This document shows positions 12,390-25,600 of a DNA stretch of 64,000 nt, in pieces. This DNA comes from Psammoneis japonica (lineage: Eukaryota). The notes beneath the pieces are model-generated. The model had not been told where the DNA came from and searched no databases. It saw only the letters and a list, made by a program, of their open reading frames with translations. The DNA lies in the NCBI GenBank assembly GCA_008632985.1, contig QPGO01000101.1:248001-312000 (forward strand), given 5' to 3'. Numbering within the stretch: the first letter of the stretch is position 1; the number at the start of each line of letters is the position of its first letter. The position numbers and the translations under genes are program-made.

Positions 12390-14430
12390 TGCACTCTGAT
12401 GGACAGAAGATGCACACCAAGTTCTGCCACGGCACCTTGTGCGAGATGTTTGCCGAGTTGCTTCAATTGTCCAAACAAAAGACTGGTTCCCCCATTGTGT
12501 TGCCCACTCTTGGCTTGGTCCATTTGCACTTTTGCTTGTGCATGATGACAGGTGACACAAAAGGCCATGATGACATGGCCTGTTGCTGAAACTCCCATTC
12601 CAGCAACATGTCTCACATGAACAGGGATTGTGACATGCCACAGCAATTTGGCGACAATCCCTTGTTTGGCTGCAAATTGGTGGATCAAGATGAAATCCAG
12701 AGGATTGTGCAGGCTGCCACAACAGTGGTGGAGGAATGGCAACACGGGGAAGTGACTGCCGCTTGGGAACAGTGCAAGGACATTTCTCAGCACTTGGCCA
12801 GTCCAGTGATCTGGGACATTCCTCATGGCGGTGGATGGCACGGCACATTTGGAATGCTGCCCTGGGAACTCCTGCATGCACTGCACTTGGGCCTGTGCAA
12901 GCACCTCCTTCATGCCTTCTTCAACTTGCGCCAAGTGCCGGAAAACATGATGTCCTGGTGTTGCGACCGTTTTGGAGATGGGGAATGCTCACTGGACAAC
13001 AGACCATCTGTTGCACTCAAAGATCTCCCAAGCTCTTCAACAAAGCAGAGTTTGAAAGACAATTCCGAGTTGCAACACATGCTGCCAGGAGACAAAGTGG
13101 CAGGAAGATGCCAAGAACTCCATTTGAGAATGGAGTTGCAGACCAGACACGCCTTTCTGGCCAGGAGAGCATCCTGGTTTGTTGCCAGTGACACTGGCGG
13201 CAATGAAGGGCGTGCCGTCAAAGGAAGATGATGAACTCCAGCCACTGGAGCCCCATTTTGCCAACCTCCTGTTCATGTCTCTGGGATTGGATGTGGCCTC
13301 GTCAAAGTCCTCCAACAAGGAAACGTTCCTCACCCGGCTGCAGAAATGCATTGCCAAGCATCTGCAATTGTCTCAATTTGTTGTTGGTCCATTCCGAGAG
13401 TGTTGCTCTCATTCGGGACTACAAACATCCAAGTTTTCCATGGCTTTCTTCACTTTCTCTTTTACATCCGTCAGTGTGGAAACGAGAACAACTTTTTTGG
13501 TGGGTTTTGCAAAGCACTCCCAAAGATGCTTTTGAAACAACCCACCAAAAATGCAAGTCAATGGCAGGACCGGCTTGACCTTGACGTGATTAATCGCCAA
13601 TGCAAGGACCTTGTTGCATGGGAATCAGAGAAGCATTTGCTTGAGACAGGTTGGCTCAATGAACAAGAACAACAAGATGTGGGGCCTGGGCCCCAACCTT
13701 CAAAGCATGGGTGCACACACCCATGCACAGGATTCAAACCTCATGAATCCATGATGACGGCCACCAGAGTCACCAACCCTGAACTCACTTGGTCAGTCAA
13801 ACATGGAGATAAACAGCTGCAGTCTCCTTCCTGTCTGTTTGTTCCAGGCAATTGCGGAAATCAGTGGGTGTCTGCTCTGCTTCACCAGGCAGACCAAAAT
13901 GAAGCATTCCCTCTGCAGAGGTGGCGAACTTTCACTTCGGATGTGACCTTCCTGGCACAGACAAAGATGAGCATGACATTCTAAGATGCCACCCCATCTT
14001 CCACTGGCATCCATGGGAATGCAGGAGTTGGCACAACTGGGCCATGGCAAATTGGGACAAAAACAAAACCAGCTGCTCAGTTGCAGCACGTGTGTTGTTG
14101 TGGGCAACTTTTGAACATGCAACCATGGGATGGAAATGCACAGTTTGTGCTGTCCAATCTCTTTGAAGCTTCACCCCAGAAAAAGATTCTTTCCTGTCGT
14201 TCTTTGTTGGTGATGAAACAGAAATGGAGGCGCAAGTTGTTGATGCAAGGGATGTGCTGTCCACCGCCTTTGTTCTTCCATCAACGCAATTGCCACAACA
14301 TCCATTCCCCATCAGTTTGGAGGATGCCACCTGCTTTGTTGTAATTCCTCCAAGATTTGAATGGCGCAACATGACTCTTTCTTTGACAGAAGAACACCCC
14401 AAGCATGAACATCTTGAGGAATGCTGGTGA
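12390..14430 (+). mobile_element. Degenerate Plavaka-like transposase, central and C-terminal part (copy C)
   Basis: FGMLPWELLHALHLGLCK, RQSGRKMPRTPFENGVADQTRLSGQE and ILRCHPIF..WHNWAMANW, spread over shifting frames. Confidence 0.7.
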
Positions 14431-16188
14431 CAAAATGAGGTGACACGCACCAGCCCCACAGCAATCCCACAGCAATCCCAACACACTTGTCCTGTGGTGA
14501 TCTCAACTGCCACATCCACTGCAGTGCCATGCATGGGTCCAAATCATCCAGCTGCAAAGAGCCTGCCAACAACAATGATTTGCTGCTGTCATTGAGCTGT
14601 TGTTTGATGGACAGCAAATCACATTTGGTGAATGTTGCTCCACAATCAATTTTGTCAGGTGAGGAATCCATCAGAGACATGTCGACCATGACCAAATCCT
14701 TGTCATCCAAAGCTTCATCACCGGCGGGACCAACAATGGACGCACCCTTTTTGTTGTCAAAAACCACACTCTCCTCATGTTTAGAGACTTGGTTGTCAGC
14801 ACTCTTGTCACTGCATTCGCTCTTTGCTCCAGGCTTTGAAAACTCTGTTGCTGCAGCATGGAAAGGTTGCATGCACGAGGTTGCTTTGTCATGCAGAGAC
14901 TGTGGCAGCGGTTCAATGTCACTCCCCCAATGCTTGTCGCAGCTGGAGTGAGGCAGGCATCTGAGATGGTTTGCTTTGAGTTCCTCAGCGACAAACTCGC
15001 TGAGCTCAGATTTTCCAATTCCTTTTTCCAAAGACATCCCAAGCAACAAAATGTCAGATGGGTTGTGGCATTTCAAAAGTGCTTTTGTGTGTCCATTCCA
15101 CACCACCTGCGCTGTTTCCCTGTGTTGTTTTTCTGCAAACAAAACTTTTGGCGTGGTGCACTTCCTTCCTGTGGTTTGATTGCACCTGACCTCTGTGTCA
15201 CCGACACCACTGCAGAGCAGGAAAGGCGATGCATCAGCCAGAACAAAGCCTCCACTCTTGGATGAGTCAAGCATCCAGATTTTGTTGCAGAGTTTCTCCA
15301 TTTGCAAATCAACTGTGTCATTCTTGGGGCTCCACAGCAGACTGCCTTTGATCACCAAGAAAGCCTCCGAATCCAAATCCTCAAGAGGATCCGAGTTGCC
15401 TTTGATCACATCAAAGTCACCGGCTGGTGTTTTCGCTGCAAACCAAAACTGGTCCATCCCTTGAAACACAGATTTTCTCTCACCTGCAGACAATTTGTTC
15501 ATCACCTTTTCCAGCAGCAACCACCCCTCACCGTGGGACAAACAGCAAGCCAGATTGATGTGGCCGAGAAACAAGTCATCACAATCCACACCAAAATCCT
15601 TCTCCAACGTTGGTTTCCCAAGAGAGAATGGAGGCGATGTGGCATGAGACTCCACCAGGACAACCAAATTTGTTTTGCCCAGTGGCTTGCCAACAACATG
15701 ACACCTGTTTGCCACCTGCACGGATTCAATCATTGGTGCTTTCCATGATTTGTCAGATGGCCACACACGTTTAAGTTCTTTGTGTGCACCCTCAAGGAAT
15801 CACTCCAAGACAGTGGCATTGACCACAGAACCAAGCAAGGAGAGTCTGCCATTGCTTTCTGTTGTCAGCAATGCTCAGTGGCAGCATCTGCAAAATGTCA
15901 AAGAATGCACAACACACAGAAGTTGGGCATTGAAACAAAACAGGCCTCTAGAGTGCCCAGCAAAATTCATCACCCCGGGCAGACTGGGTGTTCTTTTAAG
16001 CACTGCTGATTTGGCAAAATTAGAGTGCATTTCAAATCCAACTAAGATCTCAAAAAGCAACCAGACAAGTCACTTGATGAGATCTGTGATTCGTGCTGTG
16101 CAACAACTCAGAACACACCTGGGAGCCACTGCCTGGGAGCTGCCAGGATCCAAGTTGACACCTTTGTTGCATTGCTGCAGCAGGCTGA

Positions 16189-16682
16189 AAACTTGCAACA
16201 TGTTCAGCAATCTGCGCAAATTGAGTGACTGCTTTTGGTTGGCCGGGGTGATGTCTTGTGCAAAGGATTGGTGATCTGGGTTGACCAGGGACCAACTGAC
16301 AATGGTCTCCATTGGCTCCATGGTGGGCAAACTGTCAACTGGCTGCATCTGGTCATCTTTCTGTGGGAAAGACCAGGCCATGCTAAAATCACCAATTGAC
16401 AAGCAGTGCAGCAGCTGCTTGGTCTCTCTTGAATTTCAAAACTTGCAACATGTTCAGCAATCTGTGCAAATTGAGTGACTGCTTTTGTTGACAGGGGTGA
16501 TGTCTTTTGCAAAAGATTGGTGATCCTGGTTGACCGGGGGCCAACTGACAATGGTTTCCATTGGCTCCATGGTGGGCAAACTGTCAACTGGCTGCATCCA
16601 ATCATCTTTCTGTGGGAAAAACCAGGCCATGCTAAAATCACCAATTGACAAGCAGTGCAGCAGCCACTTGGTCTCTCTTGAA
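16189..16682 (+). repeat. Tandem duplication, ~250-bp unit x2
   Basis: aaacttgcaacatgttcagcaatctg...ggtctctcttgaa occurs at ~16189-16433 and ~16439-16682. Confidence 0.85.
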
Positions 16683-18074
16683 ATTCTTTGTAGATCATTT
16701 CTCTTTGGTGCTGACCTGCTTTTGCGTTCCATGCTCTCCATGGATGCACGCACGCCCATGAGTGTAAAGGGACCATGTTCTTGTGCAGGCATTTCAATGT
16801 GTCCCCTGCACCCTTGCTGGTTGGGACAAGGTCCTGCCATTTGCAATGACAGGATGTCAGCAGCGGTGTGCCATCCTTTGGAATTCTCAAACAGTTGAGC
16901 ATTTGTGAAGCAGCAAAAACATGACATGACCGGATGACACACTGGAAAATCCCCCAATTCTCATCCCTCTTTTGACAAGCAGTGTTGGCACTGTTGAAAG
17001 TCATTTCTGTGATGATGGCAATTCACGCAGTTCCCTTCATGTGGAACAAGTGAATCAATCAGTTCCTGAATTGTCCCAAAATCTGTGTGATGGCAGACAA
17101 TGTTCTTTTCTGACAGACGCGTGCAGAGTGCTGGTCCTCCAGCAACAAGGTCCGCACATGCATCAAATCTGCAAGTGCACAACCAACTTCAATGGGGTTT
17201 GGAAACCTCGTCTGGATTGTCAAACAACAATTCTTGTTGTTTGTTGCATCAACAAACAACAACACAGCAATTGTTCCGTTCTGCTCATGCACAGAATGCC
17301 TGTCATTTCTGTTGTCATTTGTGCAGAAGTCAGGTGCGTCACTGTCAGTTGCCCAAAAGTGCGTGCTCAACTGCTTGTTGTGCTCTTGCCAAGCTCTTGT
17401 CAAGAATGGGACAATCAGTTTTTTTGTGAACATTGTTGCCAAAACATTGTCCAATTCTCAACAAGAAGCGAACAGCAGAATTAGAACCAGCAATTGTTCA
17501 TGAACAAATGACAATCAACAAAACCACATGTGCAGCCAAAGCTGGGGCAAAATGTCCTGAGCCAATGATGCAAGCAATGTGTCGCCCACAAATGCAGCTG
17601 CACCTTGTGTCAATGTTGGCGCAGCAGTTGATGACAGAAGAACAACCATGGACAAAAGCAACCAGGGCAAGACTGCTGCCTTTTTGCACTTTTTGGATGA
17701 CAATCTTGATGCACTGAGCCCAGACAATGGCGGCGCATCCCTTGGTTCATTGTTGCCCTTGCCACATCAAGAGAGGAAAAATCAATGCAAAAAACTGCTT
17801 GCCCCGCCAAGCAACAATCATCTGTTGGCACACGGCATCAACAATGCCTCCGACAATGGGAGTTTGGCAAGCAGACCAAACATTGCCACTTCCCAACAGA
17901 AGGATGATTCTGACACCAAGGAACCGTTGGGCTGTTTCTTGGATGAAACTCTGTCAACCAATCATCCCAAAATGGCAGAGTGCTGCAAGGAGACCACAAG
18001 GAATGGGAGTTGGACAAACCACTTGTCATTGACAATGCAACTTTGGCAAAGACAGTTGAAGTGGATTCCAGGAG

Positions 18075-18900
18075 GTGTTGCTGTGTGTGCTTTTTGTGCC
18101 TCCTCTGTCCATTTGCAAGGAAGCACTCAAATGTCACAAGATTGATGATTTGACATTGAGGGAAACAAGAGACAGTCTTTTGGAATTGTTGACAAAGAAT
18201 GTTGCAATTTTGAGAGATGGAAAGGAACTTTCCACAAAGGGATGCAAGGCACCCAAAATGTCCAGGAAATGCCAAGTTCATTTTGGCAACCAGAACAATC
18301 CCAGGTTGAGTGGACCAGTTGTGCACACACCCAAAAACACAGACATGGGAAGGTTTGGATCAACAAAGCTTGTCCAGAAGTGTTTGGAAGCAAAGGACAC
18401 ATTGGGCAAGGTGTGTGTCTTGACACATTCTGCTTTGATGATGTCTTTCCCACATTTGGAGAAATGATCAACAAGCAGAGCTGTTGGTGGGAAACAACAA
18501 AGAGGCTCCATGAAAGGGCCAAACAGCTGCCAAATGTGGAGGAAAAAGATTGCTCAGTTGAAGATGGGATGCCGCACAGCAGTCTCATGGTTGGAAGTGG
18601 GTGTTGTGGTGGTGCAACTGATGTTCACGTTGACAGCAACAATGCCTCAATGTGTTGGAATGGTTTGCCCGATTTCCATTGTAACCTCACAGAAAATCCA
18701 AGCATTGCTCTCCTTGTGTGTTGAAGCCACCAGTCTTGGCTCTGCAACATTCCAAGACAAGGACTTGCTTTCATGCCGGATCACTGCATCATGGAGCGGT
18801 GCATGTGGGAACATGCATGACCCATCTGAGCCAATTGTTTGAACAAACAGGAGAAACAAACAAGTTGCCAATGGCAGAGCCTCAGTGAATGGAAAAGTTT
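18075..18900 (+). pseudogene. Possible 2OG-Fe(II) dioxygenase (TET/JBP-like) relic
   Basis: SSLMVG...TDVHVDSNN (HxD at 18626-18634). After an in-frame TGA and one frameshift comes PRQGLAFMP(G)SLHHGAV (18784-18800). His codons may be artefacts of TA to CA change. Confidence 0.3.
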
Positions 18901-19429
18901 GACAAGAGCTGCCCTCATCTGTTTCTGGTGTGGCGCACAAAGCAAAACTTGCCATTGGTGCATGCAACAGAGGAGATTCATCAAAAAAGCAGTGAGGAAC
19001 CTCATCTCTTCATGACAAAGATTGGCAATGGCCCAAATCAAATTGTCGACAACAGGAATGAACAGAAGGATCCAGTGAGTGCAGGTCAAGACAAGGGCTG
19101 GGTCCGTCTGCACAAAAAGTTAGACAAAATGGAACCTCATCATGATTTTGCAGAGAGACACGCAGATTTTACAAAATTGGGCACCTGTGGTGAAAACAAG
19201 CAGATCTTTGTCCTCAACAAAATGGGTCTGCACATCATTGTCTGCATTGAAATGCACTGCTGCACCAAAAAAAATGTCAACTTCCTGCAGACATGTCAGC
19301 AGTGGATGCTGAGTCGACAATTTTGTTGGCTGCATCTTCACCTTCCACCACCTCTCTTTGTCACCCTCCTCCATCTCTTCATCAACCAGAGGAATGTCGT
19401 CGGCACCCATCACAGATTTGTCATGAGCA

Positions 19430-20400
19430 GGAGGTGAGAGATTGACTTGCTCCCCATTCCCTGATTGGGTTTGGCTCTTTCCTTCATTGTTTGTCATAAA
19501 ATCAAGAGCTGGCACTGCGGGCACGTCCATTGCCAGGGACACAGTGCCAGGCACGGGGACGAAGCCAGGCACATTGGGTTGCTCCCCATCCAAATGAGCG
19601 GCGGATGGACAACAGGCCAACTTGGACCCAGAGTTGGGGTTGCCAGCTTTGATTGGAGCACCATCCAATGTCCTGTTGGAGGGTGGGACAACATCACAGT
19701 GCCACATGAAATGTTCAATGTCTTGGGTGGCATGCTTCTACTTGGATTTTGCCAAAGGGACATTGGCTGCAAAGTGTTTGCACCAGTGTGCGTGTTCTTG
19801 ACCAGGGTCCTCATCAGCTGGCTGGCTGCTTTCAGGAGCCGGTGGCACCTCGTCCATGTTTTGCAGGCTGTCAATGAGGTCTTCCTCATGATGCTTGAAT
19901 GCATTGGCAAATGGAAACTCAACTGTGATCAATTGTGCGAGTGCCTCCTGCACAACACTGGGCATGCAGAGGGTGACAGTCCATCCCTGATTCTTGGGAT
20001 GTGGAATTTGGCAACCTTGTTGTGGCTCTGCTCCCAGTTCTTCATTGCGGCACATGTGTGGCACATGCACACAGCGGCAGCACAGGGGAGAAAGAAATCA
20101 ACCCACAAAGAGGGGGCCCTTTGTCCAAAGTGGCAGGCTGCATTGTGAGGAGGAGGTGAGAGATTGACTTGCTCCCCATCCCCTGGCTGGGTGTGGCTGG
20201 TTCCTTCATTGTTTGTCATAAAATCAAGAGCTGGCGCTGCAGGCATGTCCATTGCCAGGGACACAGCACCAGGCACGGGGACAAAGCCAGGCACATTTTT
20301 CATTGTGGCACGTGTGCAACACATGCACACAGCAGCAGTGCAGGGGAGAAAGAAATCAACCCACAAAGAGGGGACCCTTGATCCAAAGTGGCAGGCTGTG
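19430..20400 (+). repeat. Interleaved local duplications (~19430-19575 = ~20150-20295; ~20040-20140 = ~20298-20398)
   Basis: Shared strings gaggtgagag.attgacttgctcccc...aagccaggcac and ttcattg.ggcac.tgtg...ccaaagtggcaggctg. Confidence 0.8.
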
Positions 20401-22479
20401 CATGGATGGACTGTGTCACAACAACAAGCTGCAGAGCTCTCTCTTCCTCAGGCATCAAGTCTGCGCCATCAGGAGGGTCATCCAACAAGTTTGCTGGAGA
20501 ACGAACACCTGTGAAAAACTGAGCAACAAGAGTGACATTGTGAGAGTTAAAACAAAAAACATTGTTGGCAAGATTTCATTCAATCAAATTGCCTGGAGCA
20601 CTGCCATTGGAGCTGACTCTGTGCTTGTTGAATGCACTGTCAAGCAGGTCAGGAAACACAGCACTGCCTGCCTTTGGCAGAAGGGGGTGATTGGCCTGCA
20701 AGCAGAGGAAAGAAGCAAAGGTGCTTGATTCTTGGTTCATGAAGTTCAAGGCTGAGGGGCCAACCTTTTCCCAAAACCTTTGATGGTCATCAGCGGTGCT
20801 GCACTTGTGAATTGACTCACCCTTGTCCTTTGGCAAGAAGACCTGTTCCCAAACCATCTTTGCAAAGGGAGATTTGAAGTGAACACTGGCATCCAGCAGT
20901 GACTGGAAATTCATGGTGTTTGCAATCTCTTGTTTCGATGCAAAACCAAGAGAGAACAGTGGCACTCAACCTGCCTTGGAGTTGCTCACCTTGTTGACAA
21001 GGTCCCTCTCCAGAGTTGTCATTTCTCTGGTGTGAAGTGTCTTTTTCTGCACAAGGCGGAGAGACTCCATGGCTTTGTTGGCTTGGGCAATTTTTTTCAC
21101 ATGTTCATTTGCCCCACTCTGAATTTCCTTAACCAGCTTTTTGTTTTGGTGTTTGTGAAGTCCATGCATTCACCAAATGAAATGCAGCCACATTTTGCAC
21201 TCCGCGTGTGTCAAATTTTTGGGGTCAAGCTGGCAGGTGGCGCACTGCTCTCAGAGGCCTGAAGCAGTTTGGGATTTTTGTAAGAAGGGATTGCATCACG
21301 TTGCCAAAGAAGTGCAAGATCTTGTGCTGGAGTTGCCAGAGAGTCCACAACTCCATCCATCTCTTGGGAGAGAGAGGAAGGAGTGGCAGCAGCTTCAGTT
21401 GGTGGGTCATTGGACAGTGAATTTTTGGAAGCAGAGGGAGTTTGTCAACGTGGGCTGGCCCTCCTTGTGGCTTGTGCAGGAGCAACGGGACTGCCCCATC
21501 CTGCATCCTGACTGGCACCACGACCACCACCACAGCACTGCTGTGGTTGGAGCTGGCATGGGTGGCACGTTGTTGGGTCATCTTGCTCCACTTCCTTGGT
21601 GGCATGGTCAATGAACACACCAAATGGCAAACATGCATGGGTGGAAAAGTCCGGCTGCTGGAGGCAGAGAAAAAACAGGGAAATTTCACTTCATTCTCAA
21701 CAAGAGCACATTGACAAGACACAATGTCAAACAACCAGAAAACAAAAAAACATTTGTGAGATAAGAAGAAACAAAGGCGCCACATAAAAGAATGACATTG
21801 ATGACATTGTGATGCATTTGAGTCTTTCAAAACATTCAAAAATTCACAAATTGATGCAAAACATTGTGTTTTAAAGCAAAAATGTAACTTCAACTGTGAC
21901 AGCAAATGAAGTGGGCGGATGGATGTGACAGAAATTCTGGTCAAAAACGAGTGGTGATGTCCTGACATGACACAAAACACAAAAATGCATGGCAGAGAAC
22001 AGGGCCATGAGAGAGACACAAGTGGGGAGAGGAAGTGGCATGGCAGAGAGCATCAGAGGCCGCAACACAGTGATGTTGTCACATCTTCTCACAGTGATTT
22101 TCATTCCTTTTGCAGATGTGATTTTTTGCAGTTTCAAACCTTGTTGGTTGTGCAGCTGGCAACAAAATTTAATCCATCATGGACAATTTTTTTAGCCATG
22201 GAGACCTCTTTTTGTCTGTGAGAAAACAACTTTGACTTTCTAAAGGCCCCCCACTTTTCCCTTTTTGCGTGTGTCTTCTTTGACCACAGCTGCCAACAAT
22301 CAACATCAACAGTTTGTTTTGCATCGTGCACCAGTTTTGCCATTTGCATTGACACATGCAATGAACTCAATCCACTCTTCTCAATCAACAGTGACACATT
22401 GCTTCAGCTTTTTGACATTGATTGTCAACGAATGCCAAGTCAATGCTGCGGTCCTGGTTGTTTTGCATTTCCAATTTGC

Positions 22480-23630
22480 TCAGGCTTTGTCTTCCTCCCC
22501 ATGTCTTTCACCACCTGGTTTGTCCGTTTCATCATCGTCCTCCTCGTTGTCACTAGAAAGCTCTGTCATTGCTTGCGTTCTCGTCTCTGACTCCACTGGT
22601 TTTTCAGTGTTTCTTCCCTTTTTTCCTTTGCCTTCGCTCTCCTCTTTCTTTCTGTCTGTGTGCCAAGTGTCAAAATGCACACCCTCCTCACTTGCCCTGT
22701 TTTCCTTTGCCTCCTTCAGCAGTTCATTGAAGCACACTGTTCCTTCATCTTCCCAAGAGTCACGCTGTCGTGACGGGTCTGTGCACAATGGCGCCGGTTC
22801 ATCCTCTTCACTCCCCTTGTCATTTCCCTCCTGCACTTTCTTGTGCTCCCAAACCTTCCAGCAGTTTTCCATCATCAACAGGGCCAGTGCCTCATTGCTT
22901 GCTGCAGCCAGATCTGTGGCCTTTGTGCAGCCGGACTCTGCCATCCTTCTCCACATCGCAGCGCTCTTCATGAATTTTAGGATGTTGTCACAGAACCATG
23001 CATGTGCCTCCCTGTTCTTTTGCTTCTCATGCACAAGGGTGTCAACCATCCCATCCTCCCAAGTTGCGTGGAATTCCTCTTCAATGTCTGCTTGGTTTTG
23101 TTTCTGCTTTTTTCTGCCTCTGCCTGCCCTCTTCCTTGCTTCTTTCTTCTTTTTTCCATGGATTTCTCTGGCTTGTTTTTCTGTCATGACAACTGGAGCG
23201 AAATGAGAAAGTCATTGGTGGTGCCACACCTGTTTCCGCTCTGCCCCAGTCTGCCACACTCACCACTCATTGCACTCTTCATTGTCGTCTGACACATGGT
23301 GTTTCTTTTTGCATTGATTGCATTGAGCATGCTTTTCTTCGCCCAGCCCTCCCATGCTCCCGCCCATTCGCGCTTGCTGAACTTGCCATCTGCTGTGTTT
23401 TTTTGCATGAGCCAGGACACCTTGCCACCACTCGCCATGTCCGTCTTCCCAAGGAATTTTGCCTTTGGGAACAGCTCTCTCTGTGCCACCTCTTCCACCT
23501 CCCTCTTCAGCAATTGGTGAGCAGCAGCTGCCCCCGACCACTGCAACACCGCTGTCAGCCTTGGGTCAGTGGGCCCTGCCCCTGCAGCATCCTTTTTTGC
23601 TGCTTTGGGCCTCCTTGCCATTGCCCTCAA
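22480..23630 (-). pseudogene. Second copy of the transposon accessory-ORF relic, inverted relative to 10818-12100
   Basis: PRLTAVLQWSGAAAAHQLLKREVEEVAQRELFPKAKFL versus PRLQAVLKRTGAQAVHGALKSEAEKVARNDLFPQVKFL; NEALALLMMENCWKVW versus DEALALSAVENCWQVW. Confidence 0.65.
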
Positions 23631-24016
23631 CTCATTGTGTCACCGTCAGTTTCTCTGTTTGCCACAATCGCGCAGCACAACAGCTCTTCAGAGGAAGACC
23701 GGCTTTGCAAAATTTCAAACCTGTTTCCTGCACTCTGATGGTGACACTGCTGCCCCTCATCATGCATTTTCAACTGGCATTTCTTTCCAAAACAACCACA
23801 AATGCTGATGTTCATCGTTTTTCTTTGAAAACAACATCTGTGGTTGCATTTGTTTTAGTTCAAAAGATGAAATGTTCAATCCAAACATTGCAATTGATTG
23901 TCAATGACAAATTTGTTGTGCAACTTGATCGCTGCATTTGAAACTTTTAATCATGCAGATTCATGCATCAATGTTGGCCCTCACATGGGGCAGAAGCTTG
24001 CATCCAGCATGAGCTC

Positions 24017-25600
24017 TTAACCTGAAACAATGCTTGGCGCCAAAATCACTCTCCAGCCCACTTCTTCCATGGCATCATCCTCTAAATGGACAATGACAAA
24101 ATCGCTGTGCCTGCCCTCATTGGAGCAGTCAGTCATGCGATTGAACGTGTCTGTTGCCTCACGAACACAACCAACGAAACGCTCCACGTGAAGATGATGG
24201 ATCTTTTCTTTCTTCATTTTTGGACAATGTCTCTGCCAATGTCTCTCCATTTTGTCCTCACAAAAACAGCTGGAATCCACACCCAAGTTCATTTTCTCAA
24301 TGATTTCCAACATCCAACCATCAACCGTCCTTGGTGTCAATTGAAAGAACTCCAATTTGTTGCACCGCCACAACCTGTGGCATGTGTCTCGCATCATTTG
24401 TCGCTCAAACAATTCCGCCAGCATCGGCTTCATGTCACACTTGTCATCACAGCAGTGGCCAATGGGGCTTCTGCTGTTGGTGACTGCCTTGAAGGACCAT
24501 GTGTTGCCAAAGGCATCCATGACAAAGAAACAACCGGTGGCTGTTTTCCGATGTCGAAGCCAGGTGCAGTTTTTTTTGTCACGGTGTCCATCACAGAATT
24601 GGCCATGGGACATGCACAATCCATGAAGAGTGACGTCCTCCCACTGGAAACAGAGACAACCCATTTCGTTGCTGAACACTTTTGAGTGCTCGTCATGGCA
24701 AAGTGACCAGTTGAATGGTGGAGGGTTGCCAAGCTTCCGAAGCTCGACCTCGTTTTCGCAAAGCTGAGTCGAGCCAAGAATGTCTGCCACCATGGCCTTG
24801 ATTTTGGATGACTCTTTTGCGTTGAAGTTTTTGTCGGGATCAAAAACGTCAAGACCACATGTGGCCTTGGGTTTGGCAGTGTCTGTGGAGCCTGGCTCCT
24901 TTGGATGATGCGACTGCCCAGCACATCCAATCTTGATCCTTCGTCTGTCTTCCTGAACTGCGAGCGATCCATCCCGTTTTAGACCTGACTTGCCCTTCAA
25001 CAAAATGAAAAGCAAGAGGGTGGGAATGCACACACAAAGGCAACCAAAGTGGCCTTTGTAGAGAGAGTTTGCTTGTCGGGCAACAGAGAGTTCGTCTCAG
25101 TGGTGACTGAGGAGGGTGCTCGGCTCTGACACGGGAGGTGGTGGTGGGATTGCTCATGGGGGTCTTGTTGGCACAGATGTGCCAGTTTTCCCTCAGGTTG
25201 TCTGCAAGGCAAAAGTCAGCAGTGGAATGGTGAAGCACACGCTCAGTGTTGGTTGCCTTGTCAATGATGTGAAGGCGTGACATGTGGGCAGCGACTTCCT
25301 CTGAGGCAACTGAACGACAGTTGGGTGGGTCAAAGCACTGACGGAGAGCAGACTTGTCCAGCCACGACATGTCGTTGGGGTCCAGTGGAGGAGACAATGC
25401 AACCGGGCAATTCCCGGCATTGACAGAACCAGAGGCAGGTGGCTTGGAGGGGGGTCCTTCTGGGGAAGAAGAGGATTTGACAGCATCCACAGTTTCGACA
25501 AAGTGGGAAGGTCGGAAGTGAGAGTGCGGCGTGCCTCCCTGGACGACGGCGCATCGACAGATGAAGGAGCATGTGCCGGGTTTGACCGTGATGCGGGCCT
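24017..25600 (-). pseudogene. Degenerate ORF of unknown function
   Basis: Consecutive protein-like, Tyr-free frames (213 aa and 338 aa) on the same strand. Confidence 0.3.

Noticed and set aside
14312..15766. 484-aa minus-strand ORF as a protease or other enzyme
   Set aside because: Probably a relic of real coding sequence, but I could not identify a convincing catalytic motif.
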